A DNA stretch of 34,741 nt. Origin: Utricularia gibba (lineage: Eukaryota; Plantae; Magnoliophyta). This document shows, in pieces, positions 24,301-34,741 of the stretch. The translations under genes were made by a program, and so were the position numbers. The notes beneath the pieces were generated by a model. It saw only the letters and a list, made by a program, of their open reading frames with translations, ran no database searches and was not told the origin of the DNA. Each line of letters starts with the position of its first letter. Position 1 is the stretch's first letter. The stretch spans positions 1 through 34,741 of the forward strand of contig NEEC01000212.1 of the NCBI GenBank assembly GCA_002189035.1, written 5' to 3'.

Positions 24301-27300
24301 ACTTGGAGCACGAATAGGGCTTCCCAATGGTGTGCTATGAAGAGTTTCTGCATGTTTTGGAAGAGGTGCTTCGTGGACCAGGATGTGCGACATAGTCATT
24401 TCATTGCGCATCACCATTCGGGTGCAGCCGAAAAATCACACGTGCACTGGATTTGTTAAAATAAATATTTACGCATATCCTGAGTATACAACAGTGTTGG
24501 GATAAGTGATGCCACGAAATTCATGATGTAACATGTGACTTTTTTCCATCTTGATCGCATATCCGATGAAGTTTGACACCATATGTTTTGGCTGTTGATT
24601 GATTCAATTAGTTGCCATGATACTTCTGATTCTTGATGCACCATTCCATACACCATGTCTCTAGTGGCTATTTGATTCTTTTGCCGTGTATCGTTTGCAT
24701 CAATTTCGAACGAGAAGCACCGCAGCCACCAAGGAAGGACACGTAAGACACTTTTCGTTTGTTTTTAATATGTCCACAGTTATGGACAAACGTAACTCCA
24801 TAACTTGGAGCACGAATACTTCCCAATGGTGTGCTATGAAGAGTTCTGAAGAGGTGCTTCGTGGACCAGGATGTGCGACATAGTCATTTCATTGCGCATC
24901 ACCATTCGGGTGCAGCCGAAAAATCACACGTGCACCGGATTTGTTAAAAATAAATATTTACGCATACCTGAGTGTGTTGGGATAAGTGATGCGAAATTCA
25001 TGATGTAACATGTGACTTTTTTCCATCTTGATCGCATATCCGATGAAGTTTGACACCATATGTTTTGGCTGTTGATTGATTCAATTAGTTGCTATGATAC
25101 TTCTGATTCTTGATGCACCATTCCCATACACCATGTCTCTAGTGGCTATTTGATTCTTTTGCCGTGTATCCATCAATTTCGAGAACGAGAAGCACATTAT
25201 TAAACGCAGCCACCAAGGAAGGACACGTAAGACACTTTTCGTTGGGTTTGTTTTTAATATGTCCACAGTTATCGGACAAACGTAACTCCACTACTTGGAG
25301 CACGAATAGGGCTTCCCAATGGTGTGCTATGAAGAGTCTCTGCATGTTTTGGAAGAGGTGCTTCGTGGACCAGGATGTGCGACATAGTCATTTCATTGCG
25401 CATCACCATTCGGTGCAGCCTAAAAATCACACGTGCACTGGATTTGTTAAAAATAAATTTTACGTATCCTGAGTATAAACAGTGTTGGGATAAGTGATGC
25501 CACGAAATTCATGATGTAACATGTGACTTTTTCCATCTTGATCGCATATCCGATGAAGTTTGACACCATATGTTTTGGCTGTTGATTGATTCAATTAGTT
25601 GCTATGATACTTCTGATTCTTGATGCACCATTCCCATACACCATGTCTCTAGTGGCTATTTGATTCTTTTGCCGTGTATCTTTTGCATCAATTTCGAGAA
25701 CGAGAAGCACATATTAAACGCAGCCACCAAGGAAGGACACGTAAGACACTTTTCGTTGTGGTTGTTTTAATATGTCGGAAAACGTAACTCCAATGGGAGC
25801 ACGAATTTCCAATGGTGTGCTATGAAGAGTTAGGCTCTTGTTTTGAAGAGGTGCTTCGTGGACCAGGATGTGCGACATAGTCATTTCATTGCGCATCACC
25901 ATTCGGGTGCAGCCGAAAAATCACACGTGCACCGGATTTGTTAAAATAAATATTTACGCATACCTGAGTATGTGTTGGGATAAGTGATGCCACGAAATTC
26001 ATGATGTAACATGTGACTTTTTTCCATCTTGATCGCATATCCGATGAAGTTTGACACCATATGTTTTGGCTGTTGATTGATTCAATTAGTTGCCATGATA
26101 CTTCTGATTCTTGATGCACCATTCCCATACACCATGTCTCTAGTGGCTATTTGATTCTTTTGCCGTGTATCTTGTTTGCATCAATTTCGAGAACGAGAAG
26201 CACATATTAAACGCAGCCACCAAGGAAGGACACGTAAGACACTTTTCGTTGTGGTTGTTTTTAATATGTCCACAGTTATCGGACAAACGTAACTCCACTT
26301 GGAGCACGAATACTTCCCAATGGTGTGCTATGAAGAGTAAGGCTCTGCATGTTTTGAAGAGGTGCTTCGTGGACCAGGATGTGCGACATAGTCATTTCAT
26401 TGCGCATCACCATTCGGGTGCAGCCGAAAAATCACACGTGCACGGATTTGTTAAAAATAAATATTTACGCATATCCTGAGTATACAACAGTGTTGGGATA
26501 AGTGATGCCACGAAATTCATGATGTAACATGTGACTTTTTTCCATCTTGATCGCATATCCGATGAAGTTTGACACCATATGTTTTGGCTGTTGATTGATT
26601 CAATTAGTTGCTATGATACTTCTGATTCTTGATGCACCATTCCCATACACCATGTCTCTAGTGGCTATTTGATTCTTTTGCCGTGTATCCATTTGCATCA
26701 ATTTCGAGAGAGAAGCACATTATTAAACGCAGCCACCAAGGAAGGACACGTAAGACACTTTTCGTTGTGGTTGTTTTTTAATATGTCCACAGTTATCGGA
26801 AAAACGTAACTCCAATGATATTACTTGGAGCACGAATACTTCCCAATGGTGTGCTATGAAGAGTAAGGCTCTGCATGTTTTGAAGAGGTGCTTCGTGGAC
26901 CAGGATGTGCGACATAGTCATTTCATTGCGCATCACCATTCGGGATGCAGCCGAAAATCACACGTGCACCGGATTTGTTAAAAATAAATATTTACGCATA
27001 TCCTGAGTATACAACAGTGTTGGGATAAGTGATGCCACGAAATTCATGATGTAACATGTGACTTTTTTCCATCTTGATCGCATATCCGATGAAGTTTGAC
27101 ACCATATGTTTTGGCTGTTGATTGATTCAATTAGTTGCTATGATACTTCTGATTCTTGATGCACCATTCCCATACACCATGTCTCTAGTGGCTATTTGAT
27201 TCTTTTGCCGTGTATCCCATTTGCATCAATTTCGAGAACGAGAAGCACATTATTAAACGCAGCCACCAAGGAAGGACACGTAAGACACTTTTCGTTGTGG

Positions 27301-30300
27301 TTGTTTTTAATATGTCCACAGTTATCGGAAAAACGTAACTCCAATTATATTACTTGGAGCACGAATTTCCCAATGGTGTGCTATGAAGAGTTCTGCATGT
27401 TTTGAAGAGGTGCTTCGTGGACCAGGATGTGCGACATAGTCATTTCATTGCGCATCACCATTCGGGTGCAGCCTAAAAATCACACGTGCACTGGATTTGT
27501 TAAAAATAAATATTTACGCATATCCTGAGTATACAACAGTGTTGGGATAAGTGATGCCACGAAATTCATGATGTAACATGTGACTTTTTTCCATCTTGAT
27601 CGCATATCCGATGAAGTTTGACACCATATGTTTTGGCTGTTGATTGATTCAATTAGTTGCCATGATACTTCTGATTCTTGATGCACCATTCCCATACACC
27701 ATGTCTCTAGTGGCTATTTGATTCTTTTGCCGTGTATCTTTTGCATCAATTTCGAGAACGAGAAGCACATATTAAACGCAGCCACCAAGGAAGGACACGT
27801 AAGACACTTTTCGTTGTGGTTTGTTTTTAATATGTCCACAGTTATCGGAAAACGTAACTCCATATTATATTACTTGGAGCACGAATGGCTTCCCAATGGT
27901 GTGCTATGAAGAGTTAGTCTGCATGTTTTGGAAGAGGTGCTTCGTGGACCAGGATGTGCGACATAGTCATTTCATTGCGCATCACCATTCGGGTGCAGCC
28001 AAAAATCACACGTGCACGGATTTGTTAAAAATAAATATTTACGCATACCTGAGTATACAACAGTGTTGGGATAAGTGATGCCACGAAATTCATGATGTAA
28101 CATGTGACTTTTTTCCATCTTGATCGCATATCCGATGAAGTTTGACACCATATGTTTTGGCTGTTGATTGATTCAATTAGTTGCCATGATACTTCTGATT
28201 CTTGATGCACCATTCCCATACACCATGTCTCTAGTGGCTATTTGATTCTTTTGCCGTGTATCTTTTTGCATCAATTTCGAGAACGAGAAGCACATTATTA
28301 AACGCAGCCACCAAGGAAGGACACGTAAGACACTTTTCGTTGTGGTTTGTTTTTAATATGTCCACAGTTATCGGACAAACGTAACTCCAATTATACTACT
28401 TGGAGCACGAATAGGGCTTCCCAATGGTGTGCTATGAAGAGTTAGGCTCTGCATGTTTTGGAAGAGGTGCTTCGTGGACCAGGATGTGCGACATAGTCAT
28501 TTCATTGCGCATCACCATTCGGGTGCAGCCTAAAAATCACACGTGCACTGGATTTTAAAAATAAATATTTACGCATATCCTGAGTATACAACAGTGTTGG
28601 GATAAGTGATGCCACGAAATTCATGATGTAACATGTGACTTTTTTCCATCTTGATCGCATATCCGATGAAGTTTGACACCATGTTTTGGCTGTTGATTGA
28701 TTCAATTAGTTGCTATGATACTTCTGATTCTTGATGCACCATTCCCATACACCATGTCTCTAGTGGCTATTTGATTCTTTTGCCGTGTATCTTTTGCATC
28801 AATTTCGAGAACGAGAAGCACATATTAAACGCAGCCACCAAGGAAGGACACGTAAGACACTTTTCGTTGTGGTTTGTTTTTAATATGTCCACAGTTATCG
28901 GAAAACGTAACTCCATATTATACTTGGAGCACGAATAGGCTTCCCAATGGTGTGCTATGAAGAGTAAGGCTCTGCATGTTTTGAAGAGGTGCTTCGTGGA
29001 CCAGGATGTGCGACATAGTCATTTCATTGCGCATCACCATTCGGGTGCAGCCGAAAAATCACACGTGCACCGGATTTGTTAAAAATAAATATTTACGCAT
29101 ATCCTGAGTATAAACAGTGTTGGGATAAGTGATGCCACGAAATTCATGATGTAACATGTGACTTTTTTATCTTGATCGCATATCCGATGAAGTTTGACAC
29201 CATATGTTTTGGCTGTTGATTGATTCAATTAGTTGCTATGATACTTCTGATTCTTGATGCACCATTCCCATACACATGTCTCTAGTGGCTATTTGATTCT
29301 TTTGCCGTGTATCTTGTTTGCATCAATTTCGAGAACGAGAAGCACATATTAAACGCAGCCACCAAGGAAGGACACGTAAGACACTTTTCGTTGTGGTTGT
29401 TTTTTAATATGTCCACAGTTATCGGAAAACGTAACTCCATCTTGGAGCACGAATACTTCCCAATGGTGTGCTATGAAGAGTAAGGCTCTACATGTTTTGA
29501 AGAGTGCTTCGTGGACCAGGATGTGCGACATAGTCATTTCATTGCGCATCACCATTCGGGATGCAGCCGAAAAATCACACGTGCACCGGATTGTTAAAAA
29601 TAAATATTTACGCATATCCTGAGTATACAACAGTGTTGGGATAAGTGATGCCACGAAATTCATGATGTAACATGTGACTTTTTTCCATCTTGATCGCATA
29701 TCCGATGAAGTTTGACACCATATGTTTTGGCTGTTGATTGATTCAATTAGTTGCTATGATACTTCTGATTCTTGATGCACCATTCCCTTACACCATGTCT
29801 CTAGTGGCTATTTGATTCTTTTGCCGTGTATCCATTTGCATCAATTTCGAGAACGAGAAGCACATTATTAACGCAGCCACCAAGGAAGGACACGTAAGAC
29901 ACTTTTCGTTGTGGTTGTTTTTAATATGTCCACAGTTATCGGAAAAACGTAACTCCACTTGGAGCACGAATACTTCCCAATGGTGTGCTATGAAGAGTTA
30001 GGCTCTGCATGTTTTGAAGAGGTGCTTCGTGGACCAGGATGTGCGACATAGTCATTTCATTGCGCATCACCATTCGGGGTGCAGCCGAAAAATCACACGT
30101 GCACTGGATTTGTTAAAAATAAATATTTACGCATATCCTGAGTATACAACAGTGTTGGGATAAGTGATGCCACGAAATTCATGATGTAACATGTGACTTT
30201 TTTCCATCTTGATCGCATATCCGATGAAGTTTGACACCATATGTTTTGGCTGTTGATTGATTCAATTAGTTGCTATGATACTTCTGATTCTTGATGCACC

Positions 30301-33300
30301 ATTCCCATACACCATGTCTCTAGTGGCTATTTGATTCTTTTGCCGTGTATCCCATTTGCATCAATTCGAGAACGAGAAGCACATTATTAAACGCAGCCAC
30401 CAAGGAAGGACACGTAAGACACTTTTCGTTGTGGTTGTTTTTAATATGTCCACAGTTATCGGAAAAACGTAACTCCAATTATATTACTTGGAGCACGAAT
30501 AACTTCCCAATGGTGTGCTATGAAGAGTAAGGCTCTACATGTTTTGAAGAGGTGCTTCGTGGACCAGGATGTGCGACATAGTCATTTCATTGCGCATCAC
30601 CATTCGGGTGCAGCCGAAAAATCACACGTGCACTGGATTTGTTAAAAATAAATATTTACGCATATCCTGAGTATAAAGTGTTGGGATAAGTGATGCCACG
30701 AAATTCATGATGTAACATGTGACTTTTTTCCATCTTGATCGCATATCCGATGAAGTTTGACACCATATGTTTTGGCTGTTGATTGATTCAATTAGTTGCT
30801 ATGATACTTCTGATTCTTGATGCACCATTCCCATACACCATGTCTCTAGTGGCTATTTGATTCTTTTGCCGTGTATCTTTGCATCAATTCGAGAACGAGA
30901 AGCACATTATTAAACGCAGCCACCAAGGAAGGACACGTAAGACACTTTTCGTTGGGTTTGTTTTTAATATGTCCACAGTTATCGGACAAACGTAACTCCA
31001 TATTATACTACTTGGAGCACGAATAGGGCTTCCCAATGGTGTGCTATGAAGAGTTAGGCTCTGCATGTTTTGGAAGAGGTGCTTCGTGGACCAGGATGTG
31101 CGACATAGTCATTTCATTGCGCATCACCATTCGGGTGCAGCCGAAAAATCACACGTGCACTGGATTTGTTAAAATAAAATTTTTGCATACCTGAGTATAA
31201 AGTGTTGGGATAAGTGATGCCACGAAATTCATGATGTAACATGTGACTTTTTTCCATCTTGATCGCATATCCGATGAAGTTTGACACCATATGTTTTGGC
31301 TGTTGATTGATTCAATTAGTTGCTATGATACTTCTGATTCTTGATGCACCATTCCCATACACCATGTCTCTAGTGGCTATTTGATTCTTTTGCCGTGTAT
31401 CTTGTTTGCATCAATTTCGAGAACGAGAAGCACATATTAAACGCAGCCACCAAGGAAGGACACGTAAGACACTTTTCGTTGTGGTTTGTTTTTAATATGT
31501 CCACAGTTATCGGACAAACGTAACTCCATATTATACTACTTGGAGCACGAATAGGGCTTCCCAATGGTGTGCTATGAAGAGTTAGGCTCTGCATGTTTTG
31601 GAAGAGGTGCTTCGTGGACCAGGATGTGCGACATAGTCATTTCATTGCGCATCACCATTCGGGGTGCAGCCTAAAAATCACACGTGCACTGGATTTGTTA
31701 AAATAAATTTTACGCATATCCTGAGTATACAACAGTGTTGGGATAAGTGATGCCACGAAATTCATGATGTAACATGTGACTTTTTTCCATCTTGATCGCA
31801 TATCCGATGAAGTTTGACACCATATGTTTTGGCTGTTGATTGATTCAATTAGTTGCTATGATACTTCTGATTCTTGATGCACCATTCCCATACACCATGT
31901 CTCTAGTGGCTATTTGATTCTTTTGCCGTGTATTGTTTTGCATCAATTTCGAGAACGAGAAGCACATATTAAACGCAGCCACCAAGGAAGGACACGTAAG
32001 ACACTTTTCGTTGTGGTTGTTTTTAATATGTCCACAGTTATCGGAAAAACGTAACTCCAATGATATTACTTGGAGCACGAATAGCTTCCCAATGGTGTGC
32101 TATGAAGAGTTAGGCTCTGCATGTTTTGAAGAGGTGCTTCGTGGACCAGGATGTGCGACATAGTCATTTCATTGCGCATCACCATTCGGGATGCAGCCGA
32201 AAAATCACACGTGCACCGGATTTGTTAAAAATAAATATTTACGCATATCCTGAGTATAGTGTTGGGATAAGTGATGCCACGAAATTCATGATGTAACATG
32301 TGACTTTTTTCCATCTTGATCGCATATCCGATGAAGTTTGACACCATATGTTTTGGCTGTTGATTGATTCAATTAGTTGCTATGATACTTCTGATTCTTG
32401 ATGCACCATTCCCATACACCATGTCTCTAGTGGCTATTTGATTCTTTTGCCGTGTATCTTGTTTGCATCAATTTCGAGAACGAGAAGCACATTATTAAAC
32501 GCAGCCACCAAGGAAGGACACGTAAGACACTTTTCGTTGAGGTTGTTTTTAATATGTCCACAGTTATCGGAAAAACGTAACTCCATATTATATTACTTGG
32601 AGCACGAATAGGCTTCCCAATGGTGTGCTATGAAGAGTTAGGCTCTGCATGTTTTGAAGAGGTGCTTCGTGGACCAGGATGTGCGACATAGTCATTTCAT
32701 TGCGCATCACCATTCGGGATGCAGCCGAAAAATCACACGTGCACCGGATTTGTTAAAAATAAATATTTACGCATATCCTGAGTATACAACAGTGTTGGGA
32801 TAAGTGATGCCACGAAATTCATGATGTAACATGTGACTTTTTTCCATCTTGATCGCATATCCGATGAAGTTTGACACCATATGTTTTGGCTGTTGATTGA
32901 TTCAATTAGTTGCTATGATACTTCTGATTCTTGATGCACCATTCCCATACACCATGTCTCTAGTGGCTATTTGATTCTTTTGCCGTGTATCCCATTTGCA
33001 TCAATTCGAGAACGAGAAGCACATTATTAAACGCAGCCACCAAGGAAGGACACGGAAGACACTTTTCGTTGTGGTTGTTTTTAATATGTCCACAGTTATC
33101 GGAAAACGTAACTCCAATGATATTACTTGGAGCACGAATAAAGCTTCCCAATGGTGTGCTATGAAGAGTAAGGACATGTTTTGAAGAGGTGCTTCGTGGA
33201 CCAGGATGTGCGACATAGTCATTTCATTGCGCATCACCATTCGGGGCAGCCGAAAAATCACACGTGCACCGGATTTGTTAAAAATAAATATTTACGCATA

Positions 33301-34741
33301 TCCTGAGTATACAACAGTGTTGGGATAAGTGATGCCACGAAATTCATGATGTAACATGTGACTTTTTTCCATCTTGATCGCATATCCGATGAAGTTTGAC
33401 ACCATATGTTTTGGCTGTTGATTGATTCAATTAGTTGCTATGATACTTCTGATTCTTGATGCACCATTCCCTTACACCATGTCTCTAGTGGCTATTTGAT
33501 TCTTTTGCCGTGTATCCCATTTGCATCAATTCGAGAACGAGAAGCACATTATTAAACGCAGCCACCAAGGAAGGACACGTAAGACACTTTCGTTGAGGTT
33601 GTTTTTAATATGTCCACAGTTATCGGAAAAACGTAACTCCATATGATATTACTTGGAGCACGAATAAAGGCTTCCCAATGGTGTGCTATGAAGAGTAAGG
33701 CTCTGCATGTTTTGAAGAGGTGCTTCGTGGACCAGGATGTGCGACATAGTCATTTCATTGCGCATCACCATTCGGGTGCAGCCGAAAAATCACACGTGCA
33801 CTGGATTTGTTAAAAATAAATTTACGCATATCCTGAGTATAAACAGTGTTGGGATAAGTGATGCCACGAAATTCATGATGTAACATGTGACTTTTTTCCA
33901 TCTTGATCGCATATCCGATGAAGTTTGACACCATATGTTTTGGCTGTTGATTGATTCAATTAGTTGCTATGATACTTCTGATTCTTGATGCACCATTCCC
34001 ATACACCATGTCTCTAGTGGCTATTTGATTCTTTTGCCGTGTATCCCATTTGCATCAATTCGAGAACGAGAAGCACATTATTAAACGCAGCCACCAAGGA
34101 AGGACACGTAAGACACTTTTCGTTGTGGTTTGTTTTTAATATGTCCACAGTTATCGGAAAAACGTAACTCCATTATACTACTTGGAGCACGAATAGCTTC
34201 CCAATGGTGTGCTATGAAGAGTTAGGTCTGCATGTTTTCGAAGAGGTGCTTCGTGGACCAGGATGTGCGACATAGTCATTTCATTGCGCATCACCATTCG
34301 GGGTGCAGCCGAAAAATCACACGTGCACTGGATTTGTTAAAAATAAATATTTACGCATATCCTGAGTAAGTTGGGATAAGTGATGCCACGAAATTCATGA
34401 TGTAACATGTGACTTTTTTCCATCTTGATCGCATATCCGATGAAGTTTGACACCATATGTTTTGGCTGTTGATTGATTCAATTAGTTGCTATGATACTTC
34501 TGATTCTTGATGCACCATTCCCATACACCATGTCTCTAGTGGCTATTTGATTCTTTTGCCGTGTATCTTGTTTGCATCAATTTCGAGAACGAGAAGCACA
34601 TTATTAACGCAGCCACCAAGGAAGGACACGTAAGACACTTTTCGTTGTGGTTTGTTTTAATATGTCCACAGTTATCGGACAAACGTAACTCCATATTATA
34701 CTACTTGGAGCACGAATAGGGCTTCCCAATGGTGTGCTATG
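18400..34741. repeat. Right-hand subfamily domain of the array (distinct allele set, mosaic, deletion-rich)
   Basis: Enriched for GCCGAAAAA, GCACCGG, TATCCCATTTGC, GTGGTTGTTTTT, CGGAAAAACG, ATGATATTAC, GAATAAAGC, GAGTAAGGCTC and TTTTGAAG. Most of these are rare or absent before ~15-18 kb. Confidence 0.75.

Larger units (their letters stand above)
1..34741. repeat. Tandem (satellite-like) array of a ~534 bp monomer, ~65 complete copies plus partial, head-to-tail, extending beyond both window ends
   Basis: Landmark CATCACCATTC(G)GG recurs at about 16, 535, 1065, 1592 ... 33769, 34293 (66 times, mean spacing ~527 bp, 533-535 bp in the cleanest central part). The same orientation is kept throughout, with no spacer or unique insert. 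The ORF track repeats the same peptides. Confidence 0.99.

Noticed and set aside
38-33261. The 60-130 aa ORFs in the track as functional genes
   Set aside because: They are short, overlap on both strands, and their starts and ends change with single-base indels between copies. There is no consistent intact reading frame.
1-34741. Never-ending ORF from a concatemer (monomer ~534 bp is divisible by 3, as in DRT2/Neo-type cDNA concatemers)
   Set aside because: The frames I translated through the monomer contain stops (e.g. NPVHV*, KESNSH*, GYA*, NGVL*). The longest ORF in the track is 130 aa and arises from indel variants. No reverse transcriptase or ncRNA context is visible.
1-34741. Rolling-circle/MDA concatemer of a small circle (eccDNA, viroid-like, mini-plasmid)
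   Set aside because: A single copied circle would give position-independent errors. Here the alleles alternate with period two, slip phase and change along the array. No Rep gene, ribozyme core or fold-back chimera was seen. It cannot be fully excluded without reads.
1-34741. CRISPR array
   Set aside because: The whole 534 bp unit repeats; there are no short repeats separated by unique spacers and no cas genes.

Overview
The whole 34.7 kb window is one uninterrupted head-to-tail tandem array of a ~534 bp monomer. I counted 66 occurrences of the landmark CCATTC(G)G, i.e. about 65 complete copies plus a partial one, with no flanking unique sequence. There are no credible intact genes, RNA genes or CRISPR arrays; the ORF track is the same few frames repeated. 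Two things stand out. (1) On the minus strand the monomer carries a degenerate, frameshifted pattern that resembles the Myb/SANT-like DNA-binding ORF of PIF/Harbinger (Pong ORF1-type) transposons, suggesting a satellite built from a transposon fragment (inference from remembered family motifs, needs an HMM search). (2) Variation is confined to about 20 sites and is organised: alternating A/B monomers (a ~1.06 kb dimer) in the left half, phase slips, and a left-to-right change of subfamily alleles. Many small deletions look like consensus averaging of two alleles, so individual copies may be partly assembly chimeras. Most likely eukaryotic (plant- or fungus-like) satellite DNA from a long-read assembly; I do not see evidence for a new functional system.
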